From assembly GCA_037305845.1 (NCBI GenBank), contig CP147778.1:2496001-2560000 (forward strand): a DNA stretch of 64,000 nt, given 5' to 3'. A program made the position numbers and the translations under genes. Under the pieces are notes generated by a model. It saw only the letters and a program-made list of their open reading frames with translations. It was not told the DNA's origin and searched no databases. This DNA comes from Candidatus Freyarchaeum deiterrae (GTDB lineage Archaea > Asgardarchaeota > Jordiarchaeia > Jordiarchaeales > Jordiarchaeaceae). Of the stretch, positions 20,601 through 29,826 are shown piece by piece. Positions within the stretch are counted from its first letter, which is position 1; each line of letters opens with the position of its first letter.

Positions 20601-21059
20601 TTGTCTAAAAAAGTTGAACTGGTAAACGTTCTCAAAAGGATCAACTCACCGGATACGGGTTCCGCTTTATTCGAATTATGCAAGTGGTGCGGTTGGTATC
20701 AGGTGTTGGAGGTTAAAACCCTTTTCAGAACCCGTGTTAAGAAGCCCTACAAGAATTGCCCTAATTGCGATTGCCCTACTACAATAACTCCAGATAAAAT
20801 AGTCTGTACATGTGGAGTTTGCAGAAGATTACTCGTTGAAAAATTCGTGATATCTCTCGACAGTAGCAAAAAAGTATCCTCAGTAGATTATGATTACGAG
20901 TGCTACAATTGCGGAAACACCTCAAACATTACCTTTCTTCATATTTGCGGCGATGGGGAGCTGGGTGAGTGCGACGGCTTATGCAAAAAAGAAGGAGAGA
21001 AGCCCTTTGGATTTGTATGCATAAGATGCCACGAGTATACCCCAAATACCACATTTTAG
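20601..21059 (+). CDS. Cys-rich multi-zinc-finger hypothetical protein
   Basis: CKWC, CPNC, CGVC, CYNC, CDGLC, CIRC pairs in 152 aa. Confidence 0.65.
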   Translation: MSKKVELVNVLKRINSPDTGSALFELCKWCGWYQVLEVKTLFRTRVKKPYKNCPNCDCPTTITPDKIVCTCGVCRRLLVEKFVISLDSSKKVSSVDYDYECYNCGNTSNITFLHICGDGELGECDGLCKKEGEKPFGFVCIRCHEYTPNTTF

Positions 21060-21075
21060 TCTGAAATAAGACGCG

Positions 21076-21360
21076 TTAAATTGGAGGCGCTAGATTTGGG
21101 GGCGGAAGAAAATAGGATTTCTTACTTCCATCTTTTTCAGAACTAGAATTGCGTCCCTCCAGCCACTTCTCAAAGTCCGCAAGAATATCACTTATACGCT
21201 TATATTTGTAAAGCCTTGCCCTTTTCTCAATAAAATCTTTACAAAGCGTTTTGTTCCCTCGTTTGTCTATTAACTCGAACCAGTGCGGTTCTCCCCACTC
21301 AAAATGCACCCAAATAGCAAATACCTTACCCTCAAAAACCTTCAAATTAGATCCCACCAA
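21076..21360 (-). CDS. hypothetical protein
   Basis: 94-aa ORF with ggag upstream. Confidence 0.5.
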   Translation of the reverse strand: MVGSNLKVFEGKVFAIWVHFEWGEPHWFELIDKRGNKTLCKDFIEKRARLYKYKRISDILADFEKWLEGRNSSSEKDGSKKSYFLPPPNLAPPI

Positions 21361-21539
21361 TTCAGCTCCCCTTAGTTTAGGAGTTCACTATTTAAACCCA
21401 GTCCTTAACAAAACGAAAATAAAAAGAGTAAAAGAATAAACGAAAAACAATAAGAAAAGGTACAATATTCCCCGGACAAATTTTCCTATCCCAAGTTTGG
21501 CAGTACTACTCTATTCGGTAATAAAGAGTATCCTTCCCT

Positions 21540-23078
21540 TTATCGTTTAGAATCCCTGCCCTCTTTTAGATATATCCTCAACATTTCGGGGTTCCACTTC
21601 CACGTTTCGGTCTGGGGGTCGAAAAGCTTCGGTAGGGGGTAGTTGCTTCCCTCCTGCTTGCTTCTGAAACATAGTTTATAATCTGCTAATGTACGTAGAT
21701 TCTGGCGCACTACTCTCTCAAGTGGGGTGATGCTTCCCGGCGGGGTTTCCAACCAGCAGGCGAGAGCTGGAGGGTTATCCCCCTTAAGAGATTTCATCCA
21801 GTAGATCCAAGCTTTTGGCAGCTCTCTAACAGCAACCACGAACGCATTAAGAGTGTTCATATCCGACTCGACGATGAAGAGTATGCTCTCACTCAAACCT
21901 ATGTGCTCTATGCTTAGAAACGGCAGAAGTATTCCACCCTCAAAGAGGCTATTCTTGGTTTTTTCCGCAGCGCGCATATCGTATTCGAGCTTCTTGCTCA
22001 ACTCTAGTGTGGGTTTATCCGCTCTTTCGAGCATCTCAACGATGAGCTTCAGGTCCTCAGTGGTGATACGCTTTCTTTTTTTGGGTGGTTCGGGTAAGGA
22101 ATTTGGCTCTTCTATTTTCTTTTTCTGGGGGATAACCTTGTCCCACCCCTTGTTGAGCACATTACTGAGGTAAAGTGACCAGGAATCCCAATCAATGCTC
22201 CAATCTTCCTTATCCGCATCATAAAAGCCGAACGAGTTGGAGCCCTCAAATCCATCGACTTCCCAGATCCATAGTTTTGAGAATCTCTTCCCGAAATCTT
22301 TGTGAACCTGGCTAACCGCGCCGGAAGGTACCGCGATTGAGAAGAGGGTGTATGAGTCCACGCCCAAGAGTTCTTGTCTCGAGAGGAGATACGGGCTCTC
22401 CACGTAGGCTTCACCCTCAACAATGACCACCAGATTAGAGAGGCCTATCTTTGAGTAATCCAATCGTGTGCCCACTCTTAGGCGGCACCTTTCCTCAAGT
22501 TCCTTCTTACGGTACAAAGCCGTCTTATAGCTCATATTGGTTTGCTTTTGAATATCGGCTATGGAGATAAACAGGTCGTCGCACATCGCATTCAGAATCA
22601 TCAAATCCTTCGCGTCCAGCCTTACGCGATAATCGTAAACTATGTTAAATAGAGTTTGCCTAAACTGTTCCGAGGTAAGAATCTCCCCACTAAGCCTCTT
22701 ATACTTGTTCATCTGCCTAAGCTTCGAAACCACCAAAGGCAGAAACTCTCCCCCCATTATAGAATCAACTATCATCAAATCCCTAAACTTCTCTCCCGCC
22801 CCTTCCTCCAATCCCTTTTCACCCTTATACCTGTAGACAAAGAACTCGGTCAAGAGCTGTTTATCCTCCTCAGATAAAATACCAGGTAAAAACAAGTGAA
22901 ACAGGCCCTCCACCGGGAGACTGTCAGGATTAGCAACCTTTTCTAATGGCTCACTCTTAAGAAACTCCTTAATTTTTACAATTTCACTCATAAAAACGCC
23001 CTTCAGATTAAAACATATGCAAATAGATAAATAAAATTTAGCGATAATAGTCCATCTCACCAAAACAAAGGATAGCAA
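21540..23078 (-). CDS. large two-module winged-helix (Lrp/AsnC-like) regulator; true start probably MSEIVK near 22991
   Basis: Two repeats of L/I-x-x-x-DL-x-I...HTH...IGL (LDYSKIGL, SIEHIGL), each followed by a beta/alpha domain. Confidence 0.65.
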   Translation of the reverse strand: MLSFVLVRWTIIAKFYLSICICFNLKGVFMSEIVKIKEFLKSEPLEKVANPDSLPVEGLFHLFLPGILSEEDKQLLTEFFVYRYKGEKGLEEGAGEKFRDLMIVDSIMGGEFLPLVVSKLRQMNKYKRLSGEILTSEQFRQTLFNIVYDYRVRLDAKDLMILNAMCDDLFISIADIQKQTNMSYKTALYRKKELEERCRLRVGTRLDYSKIGLSNLVVIVEGEAYVESPYLLSRQELLGVDSYTLFSIAVPSGAVSQVHKDFGKRFSKLWIWEVDGFEGSNSFGFYDADKEDWSIDWDSWSLYLSNVLNKGWDKVIPQKKKIEEPNSLPEPPKKRKRITTEDLKLIVEMLERADKPTLELSKKLEYDMRAAEKTKNSLFEGGILLPFLSIEHIGLSESILFIVESDMNTLNAFVVAVRELPKAWIYWMKSLKGDNPPALACWLETPPGSITPLERVVRQNLRTLADYKLCFRSKQEGSNYPLPKLFDPQTETWKWNPEMLRIYLKEGRDSKR

Positions 23079-23284
23079 TCAAGAAAAAGCACCACCACAA
23101 ACCGCCAAAGTGGCTATTTTCCCGTATCCTCAACAAAAATTAGAAGTGTATTCCTTTTACAAAAATCTTATTCGGAGTATTTTGAATTTTTTTCAAATAA
23201 AAAGTTGAAGGCAACGTTAACAATAACATTATTAACATTTTTTCGAAAAGCGGAGTTCTTGAAGAAACATGTTCAAGAGTTCTG

Positions 23285-24007
23285 CTATAAGAGTTTTTTA
23301 ACTGTCTCCTTTAGTTTCTCTGAATCAATAATGTTGATGGGGTTTAAGTGATAATCCTTCTTACACAGTGACAGAATTATCTGTGCATCCTCTCCCTCCC
23401 TACAATCTACAAGGTTGAACAAAATTTCTGGATCAGTAACGCCGTTACTCAGGAGCTCCCAGAAAAATTCAGCCTGTAGCGCTAGAAGCCTGAGTTTTCC
23501 GCTGAGAATGATTTCAATAGATTCGGTGTAGTGGGAAGCCTCCGAAAGAAGATTCTCCATAAGCCAGCACCGTGTTTTCGCAACATCTACGTTAAGCCAC
23601 TTTCGATTATTCAAGTCATAAACAGCAACATTATGCTTGCTAAGTTCTTTTTCATCGGGAAGAGACACACACGAAGCCACCCACCCGGTGTCAAAACTCT
23701 CCATAAGCCGCGTGAGGAAATCCGATGAGATGCCCGAAGCCAGGTATATTACTCTCTCTGACCTACCGTTCTGTTCCCCTTCAAACAGGGCTTTGAGCTC
23801 CTCCATGCCGTTGTCAAAATCCTCTGAAATATCCAGCTCGTATTCCCACAACTGTCGGTGGGGGGCAAACGCAGTCACCTCTCTGAGAACGTTGCTATTT
23901 AGAAAGCCAAATAGGAGCACTGGGCGTCTCAGGGTGAAAATCAACTGCCCTAGCACTGCCAGACCCTTATCGCTGAAATATTTAGAAAGCTCTTTCAAAG
24001 AGTTCAC
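23285..24007 (-). CDS. hypothetical protein, translationally coupled to the MglA-like GTPase
   Basis: 4-bp GTGA overlap with upstream GTPase. Confidence 0.65.
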   Translation of the reverse strand: MNSLKELSKYFSDKGLAVLGQLIFTLRRPVLLFGFLNSNVLREVTAFAPHRQLWEYELDISEDFDNGMEELKALFEGEQNGRSERVIYLASGISSDFLTRLMESFDTGWVASCVSLPDEKELSKHNVAVYDLNNRKWLNVDVAKTRCWLMENLLSEASHYTESIEIILSGKLRLLALQAEFFWELLSNGVTDPEILFNLVDCREGEDAQIILSLCKKDYHLNPINIIDSEKLKETVKKLL

Positions 24008-24582
24008 CGAGACTTGTTTTTGATGGCTAAACGTATCATACCCCGAAATACTTCGTATACACCCTCACCGGTTGCCGCTGAAGCGGGATAAACTCGAATG
24101 CCCCTAGGTAAACCCATTTCTTTTCTTAGTTTTTCCGCTGGGACTGCTTTGGGCAAGTCCTGTTTGTTCGCCTCAACTACTATTGGGATTTTGTTTTCTG
24201 TGAAGGCTATGAGCTCTTCAAAGCTTCTCACATTATCCTTCAATTTGTGTTCCTGTGAATCAGCGACGAAGAGAACACTATCCGCGTTTCTCGCAACCTG
24301 TTCCCTAGTTGCCAGAAACCTTTTTTGACCTGTTGTTGTGTGGACGTGGAACACGAAACAGTAAGGGGGAAACTCTAGTTGTAGAGCCAGGTAATCCTCC
24401 CAAATAGTGCGGCCCTCGCTAGTTGAGATTTCGTAGGGCTCGCCAATTATGTTATTTGGAAAAAGCTTCGCTAAAGCACGGATGTTTGTTGTTTTCCCAG
24501 ATGACGCGGGTCCCCAAAAGACAATCTTCAACTGCACCATTTTTTCTTCTGGCAAATCTCTCTGAAACTTTTCTGCCTCCAA
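24004..24582 (-). CDS. MglA-like small GTPase
   Basis: KIVFWGPASSGKTTN (G1), EGRT (G2 with intrinsic Arg), TTGQ (G3, MglA-type), FVADSQ, NKQD (G4), ASA (G5). Confidence 0.88.
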   Translation of the reverse strand: MEAEKFQRDLPEEKMVQLKIVFWGPASSGKTTNIRALAKLFPNNIIGEPYEISTSEGRTIWEDYLALQLEFPPYCFVFHVHTTTGQKRFLATREQVARNADSVLFVADSQEHKLKDNVRSFEELIAFTENKIPIVVEANKQDLPKAVPAEKLRKEMGLPRGIRVYPASAATGEGVYEVFRGMIRLAIKNKSR

Positions 24583-24598
24583 TTCTATCTAACTCCTT

Positions 24599-25183
24599 TT
24601 ACTTCGTTTCTCTTATGAGAGCGGCGTCCAGTATGTGCAGGACGTCCTCGATCTGCTCCTCACTTGCTTCAATGGTTTTTCTTATTGGCTCACTGTTCTT
24701 AATATCTTCTTGGATTCGCTTCACGTATTGGCTCATCTTCGCACGGATAAATCCAATATTCGCTTTCTCGGTAGCAAAAATCAGAAGCAGCAAAGACTTA
24801 TTTTCGTCAAGGTCACCGATTTTGCAGACGTAGAACTGTTTTGAATCGTACATAATCATCGCGTTCTGGAACGCGTCTGCACCCAGATGGGTCTCTCCTT
24901 GTTTTGCTATACCGGCCAAAGCTGCGCCCAAGGCTCCTGCATTCCAAGCGTTTTTTACATGAAAGAACCTAGATTTTGCTAAAGCCTTACCGTCGCTATC
25001 TACCAGTAGTAAACCCTCTATGTCGCCTTTACCAAGCATTCTCTTGTAAGATTCCAGTAGACTGTCTAGTGTATCTGAAACCCTGTTAGTCAGGTAAAAA
25101 TATCTGTGCTGTGTCTCGTTATTATTTTCTGGTGTTTGTTGAACTTTTCCAGTTGAGAAAAATTCCGAATCCATTTCATTCAC
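24599..25183 (-). CDS. roadblock/LC7 (MglB-like) protein with N- and C-terminal extensions
   Basis: IEGLLLVDSDGKAL, GALGAAL, LLLIF..KANIGFIR; directly upstream of the MglA-like gene. Confidence 0.82.
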   Translation of the reverse strand: MNEMDSEFFSTGKVQQTPENNNETQHRYFYLTNRVSDTLDSLLESYKRMLGKGDIEGLLLVDSDGKALAKSRFFHVKNAWNAGALGAALAGIAKQGETHLGADAFQNAMIMYDSKQFYVCKIGDLDENKSLLLLIFATEKANIGFIRAKMSQYVKRIQEDIKNSEPIRKTIEASEEQIEDVLHILDAALIRETK

Positions 25184-25238
25184 TCCTTTAAACTTCTATA
25201 ATTCTTCTTAATCAGCATGATTTAAACACCCCTAAATG

Positions 25239-26216
25239 TTAGAGAGTGGTTTGTACGAGTTGCGATTCCTTGTAAGCCTTCACCAATCTCCTAATTCCCT
25301 TATCTATCCTCTCAGGCTTCATACTAAACTCCTCCAACAGTCGCCTGAGAGAACCAGTATTAGGAGCATTGAATATTATCTGAGGTTCCACAACATCGGG
25401 GTTTAGAAAAATCTCCCTAACACCTTCCACATCAAAAGGTTCCAACCCCGCTCCAGAAAATACTCCCCTAATATCCCCATGTTTTCGAATCAGTTTCAAC
25501 GCCTTTTTTGCTCCCACCTTCTTAACTCCCAAGTTAAAGTCAGTTCCCACAAGGATTGCCAAGTCTACAAGCTGCTCATAAGAAATGTTTTGCAGCTTCA
25601 GAACCTCTTCCAGAGTTGCACACTGAACATTGTTTTCCGTTAGATCCAGATTCCTCAAGATTGACCTAGCCCCAAAGAGCAGAGCGTCGTAATCCTGTGT
25701 GAGAACATGATCAGCCTTCCCTATCCGAGTCATGTAAGCCGCCTCCGCCTCTCCCTCTCCCGGAGACTTTACCCAGGGCACCCCCATAGTGGTGAGTAAT
25801 TTCTGGGTTTCGTTTATGATGGTATCGTATAAAATCTCATTGGATAATGATAGGGTTCTAGCTACATTGTAATTCTTGTTCTCTCTTGCTTTTCTCAGAT
25901 AACTGTACTCCTTAACCAGAGATTCCACCAGATGCTCCCTCCTCTCCTTCAGCCTCGGATGCGCTCCATCAAACACAATTATCGGTTTAATATTATGTTC
26001 CAAAAAGTTAGTGGTTCTATAAAACACACCATAAATGTGAGAGACCACACGACCCTCATAGTTAAAGAGAGGGAGATTCTGCCTCCTAATCTTATTTAAG
26101 AACTGAAACAGCATGTTTGAAGCGTCCACTGCTACCCTAGTATGCTCCAGTTGGTCTAGGGAAAGGGTTTTGAAGTTAACTATAGAAGCAAGTTTTACTC
26201 CCATCTTTTTCACCAT
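25239..26216 (-). CDS. flap endonuclease FEN1/XPG family (divergent copy)
   Basis: MGV start, VAVDASN, VFDG, GEGEAEAAY, QDYDALLFG, ILVGTDFN.GVKKVGAKKA. Confidence 0.9.
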   Translation of the reverse strand: MVKKMGVKLASIVNFKTLSLDQLEHTRVAVDASNMLFQFLNKIRRQNLPLFNYEGRVVSHIYGVFYRTTNFLEHNIKPIIVFDGAHPRLKERREHLVESLVKEYSYLRKARENKNYNVARTLSLSNEILYDTIINETQKLLTTMGVPWVKSPGEGEAEAAYMTRIGKADHVLTQDYDALLFGARSILRNLDLTENNVQCATLEEVLKLQNISYEQLVDLAILVGTDFNLGVKKVGAKKALKLIRKHGDIRGVFSGAGLEPFDVEGVREIFLNPDVVEPQIIFNAPNTGSLRRLLEEFSMKPERIDKGIRRLVKAYKESQLVQTTL

Positions 26217-27353
26217 CTATTTTTCGGCTTTCAGTATTTTTCTCATTTCTTCGATTCTTTCGTTTACCATTCTTTTCTGCTCCGAGCCCTCCTCGGACGA
26301 ATCCTCAATTTTAAATTGAGAAATTTTATTCAAAATCTCCTCCGCCCTATCTTTTTCACCCCTTGAAAGAAGGTAATCTAAGTAAATATTTAGGGCAACC
26401 AATAGATGCACTCTGGTATACCATCTCTCAAAGATTTGAATCGCCTTCTCAAAAGCCTCAACAACTCTCTGATCATTTTTTAACATAATATTCGAAACTC
26501 CTATGTGAAAGAGAGTGATAGCTTCTCCGGGTTGGCTGCCTTCCTCCCTCGAAATCGTAAAAGCTTTGTTGAACTGTTCAAGAGCCTCCCCCACTTTTCC
26601 TAATTTAAGAAGAACGGTTCCTACTCTTATACGGCAAAGCGGCTCCTCTACCCCATCATGTATTTCTTCTTTGATTTTCGCCGCTTCGAAATATGATTCA
26701 AGAGCCTCATCCAGTCTCCCCAGTCTCTCATGTATGACTCCGATTTCCCATAAACAAACACCTTTGGTTTTAGTGTCCTCTAATTCTTCTGAAAGTCGAA
26801 GAGCTTCCTGATATTTTTTGTAGGCTTTCTCATATCTCTGCATACCGAACAAAATGTCTCCCATTCTAACAAGAACCTCTAATACACCATCCTTTTCTAC
26901 ATTCTGAATAGCTTGGTAGGCCTGTTCAGAATGCTTCAAAGCCTTCTCCAAATCATCCATCAACCATAAGATTGTACTTATGTGAAAATGAACAGAACCC
27001 AAATTCAGCAAGTCCCCAAGCTCCCCGTAAATAGCCGCAGCCTCCGAGTAACACTTTACAGCATCATCCCCCCTCTCTTTGCTCCACATTAGACGCCCCA
27101 TTCTCGTCAGGCAATCACCCTCTGATGCCTTATCACCTTTTTCTCTGCTCAACTCCAGAATAAGGTTTAGAACCCTTTCCGCTGCATCGTGATGGTAAAG
27201 CTTCGTGCACTGATTAGCCACATTCAGCATGAACCTAGAAATGGACTCCCATTCCCTACCCTTCCCTTTCATAACGTCTATGATATCCTGAGGTTCAGCT
27301 CCTCGCGAAATCAGACTGGCTACACCGTAAACACTATTAATCAAACTTAGCAT
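26217..27353 (-). CDS. tetratricopeptide repeat protein
   Basis: ~40-aa TPR-like repeats (G..L..IG.IH..LG.LDEAL..Y..A..I). Confidence 0.85.
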   Translation of the reverse strand: MLSLINSVYGVASLISRGAEPQDIIDVMKGKGREWESISRFMLNVANQCTKLYHHDAAERVLNLILELSREKGDKASEGDCLTRMGRLMWSKERGDDAVKCYSEAAAIYGELGDLLNLGSVHFHISTILWLMDDLEKALKHSEQAYQAIQNVEKDGVLEVLVRMGDILFGMQRYEKAYKKYQEALRLSEELEDTKTKGVCLWEIGVIHERLGRLDEALESYFEAAKIKEEIHDGVEEPLCRIRVGTVLLKLGKVGEALEQFNKAFTISREEGSQPGEAITLFHIGVSNIMLKNDQRVVEAFEKAIQIFERWYTRVHLLVALNIYLDYLLSRGEKDRAEEILNKISQFKIEDSSEEGSEQKRMVNERIEEMRKILKAEK

Positions 27354-28677
27354 CCTCCTCGTAGGATTTCCCCTCGGTGGCGTTCATCGAAATTTGAATA
27401 GGTAGAAGTTCAGATACTTCCTTCGAATTATACTTCTCCGTGTATTTCCTTCTCCTAATGAGATTGTATTCAATTTCGCCTCTTTTCTCGGTGTTCACCT
27501 GTCTTATTATCCGCGTCATATCTCCCCCTGTTCCAACAAAGAAAAGGCAAGCACCCCAAAGCCCGCAGCTCTTAGCGTCTATCATCCTCTGACACTTAAC
27601 TCTCGCCTCCGTTAGTTTCTTCTCCAAGCCTGGTTGCATAAGAAGACTTCCATCCCGACTCATGGACAACATAGTGATTAGGGAGGCCGGGTCATTCTTC
27701 TTGAATTTGTTAGACGCCAATCCCTCAATATTGCGTTTTAGTTCTTTTTCGGCTGTTCTAAATTCCTTATCCAGATTAAAAACAGGTCGCAAAAGGAGTA
27801 CGTAACCGGCACTCTCCTTCTCGAAATCCACGCCGCTCAAAACTCTTTCTAAGATTGGTTTCGTCTCTGTACTAAGAACTAATTCGTTAACACTGAGCTG
27901 ATCCAAATACTGTTTATCCAGTTTTTCAATATGATTACCATCACTTGCTAGCAGTGGTGAATATAAGCAGCGTTCAATCTCCAACTCATCAACTATTAAC
28001 CTCGTATCGTAACCCTCTTTTTCCAGTATAGCTCTGAAGAGGCTCATTTTTTTCCTCACCTGCTCCACCGCCTCACCGAAATTCCTGGAAGTCTCCCAAA
28101 CTGAGACAAAAGTGTACAACGCTTCATCCATCCTATAAGTTTCGAAGCTGAGATTGATTTTTTCCTTCCAGGCGGATAACAAAACCGAAACCCCGGTGCC
28201 ACTACCCTTTACTTCGGTGAATTGCAACACTTGGAAACCCTTTCTGCCACTTCTGAAGACTACACAATCATCCAAAATAGCGTCAGGCACAACGTAACGG
28301 GGAAATTTGCCCCTGACCCAGAGCAGAGGGATATCTCCTGAGTTGCGTCTTATTAATATTAAAACTACTAACGTTGCTGCCTCAACAGCGATAGTTATTA
28401 TGGCAGGAATTCCATGACTCAACCCTAGTCCAATAAAACCAATGCACATATTGACGGTTCCCACTCCCAATACGATTAGACTCGACTTACTGAACCGCCT
28501 GTCAAAAACGAACCTGGCTAGAGGATAAAGCACCAAATAAACCGCTAGAATGTAGAGAAGACCGAGAGGGCTGCCATTGAAGCAAGCCGTTATCCCAGTT
28601 TCTATTAATCTAATGAGGAAAGCAATTCCTACTGCCAACGCGAATATTATGGCTATATAATAGATTTCTTTAAACAT
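27337..28677 (-). CDS. membrane protein (4 N-terminal TM helices) with cytoplasmic domain
   Basis: Four hydrophobic segments in aa 1-110; overlaps both neighbours (operon). Confidence 0.75.
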   Translation of the reverse strand: MFKEIYYIAIIFALAVGIAFLIRLIETGITACFNGSPLGLLYILAVYLVLYPLARFVFDRRFSKSSLIVLGVGTVNMCIGFIGLGLSHGIPAIITIAVEAATLVVLILIRRNSGDIPLLWVRGKFPRYVVPDAILDDCVVFRSGRKGFQVLQFTEVKGSGTGVSVLLSAWKEKINLSFETYRMDEALYTFVSVWETSRNFGEAVEQVRKKMSLFRAILEKEGYDTRLIVDELEIERCLYSPLLASDGNHIEKLDKQYLDQLSVNELVLSTETKPILERVLSGVDFEKESAGYVLLLRPVFNLDKEFRTAEKELKRNIEGLASNKFKKNDPASLITMLSMSRDGSLLMQPGLEKKLTEARVKCQRMIDAKSCGLWGACLFFVGTGGDMTRIIRQVNTEKRGEIEYNLIRRRKYTEKYNSKEVSELLPIQISMNATEGKSYEEDAKFD

Positions 28678-29459
28678 TTTTCACCAACCTTCCTTAATTT
28701 TTCCTGAAGTTCTGAATCAACAGAACTTATTCCTCCATTTGTAATCTGGTAGTAGACCCTACCACTCAGGTCACGGTAATGGCTGATAATTTCCGCCTCC
28801 ATGACTGGCTTCACAGGAAGCCCTGAAAGATGTAGTGTTATCTGGCAAAACTTGTTCAAACCCCCACCGGCTGCAGGAACCGTTTTACCCTCTTCTCCGT
28901 CTTCTACCTTAGAAACCACCTGGTTCAGTACAAGTACTGCTATGTCTCGCCTCCTCCTGCATAAACCCAGCATTTCAGGCAACTGTTTCTCCACAACATC
29001 TCGGTATCGGGAAAAACTAGTTTCAGGAGAGAGCCCCTCGCGGTACTGGGAGGCAATCGTGTCTACCACTATAAGTCTAGTTCTATTCGAGACATAAGCA
29101 TCCAGAACGCTGATTATCTCCGTTTGTTCGTCCAAACTCTTAGGAACAATTAGCGTTAATCTCTCCAGCGAATTCTCATCTTGGAAGAGTTGAGAGAACC
29201 TTTGGAAAGAGAACCTGTTATCACAGTCGATGTAAAGTGTTTGATAGCCTTCCTCGGATAGGTGGCCCGCCGCCTGCATGGCTATCGTAGTCTTACCCGT
29301 GGCAGCCTCCCCGTAGATGTGGGTAATTATCCCGGTTGGTATACCTCCTCCAATTAAATCGTCTATTGGACTATGCGTTCTGACACAAGACACTTCATAT
29401 TCACCCCTAAAGGTAAGTGAATTCAACACCACCACTTCTCCTAACCAGCATTCCCTCAC
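28653..29459 (-). CDS. RadB-like RecA-family ATPase
   Basis: LIGGGIPTG.ITHIYGEAATGKTT, LYID, LIVVDTIASQYR, VLVLNQV; no N-terminal HhH. Confidence 0.85.
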   Translation of the reverse strand: MRECWLGEVVVLNSLTFRGEYEVSCVRTHSPIDDLIGGGIPTGIITHIYGEAATGKTTIAMQAAGHLSEEGYQTLYIDCDNRFSFQRFSQLFQDENSLERLTLIVPKSLDEQTEIISVLDAYVSNRTRLIVVDTIASQYREGLSPETSFSRYRDVVEKQLPEMLGLCRRRRDIAVLVLNQVVSKVEDGEEGKTVPAAGGGLNKFCQITLHLSGLPVKPVMEAEIISHYRDLSGRVYYQITNGGISSVDSELQEKLRKVGEKCLKKSII

Positions 29460-29826
29460 TCTCCATGTAATCCAACCTCTTGAGCACCCAATCTTTAGCT
29501 AATCCTATTTTTTCAGCGTTTCTTACTATGTCTTGAACTGGAATCACTTTACTTTCCCGAAGGCTCTGGATAACGCTCTCCAATTTCTCGGTCTTGGTAT
29601 CCATTCCCAATGCATTGTACCTCTCCCCCATCTTCTCAGCCTGCCTCCTCTGAACAAGTTTCGCCCCTGTTTTCCAAGAGTCGACGATATCCCCATGTAA
29701 CCGCTGCGGGTTCAATTTCTCCCCGCATCTCGGGCAGGAAGGCTTCTTGCTGAGGGCGGCTGCAAAGTATTGTTTACATGACGGGCACTCTGCCACCATG
29801 TACTCCCTTTTTCCCATATTTCTCAA
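29407..29826 (-). CDS. zinc-ribbon + winged-helix protein (DUF1922-like)
   Basis: CPSC...CPRCG followed by wHTH-like RLDYMESEGML. Confidence 0.65.
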   Translation of the reverse strand: MRNMGKREYMVAECPSCKQYFAAALSKKPSCPRCGEKLNPQRLHGDIVDSWKTGAKLVQRRQAEKMGERYNALGMDTKTEKLESVIQSLRESKVIPVQDIVRNAEKIGLAKDWVLKRLDYMESEGMLVRRSGGVEFTYL

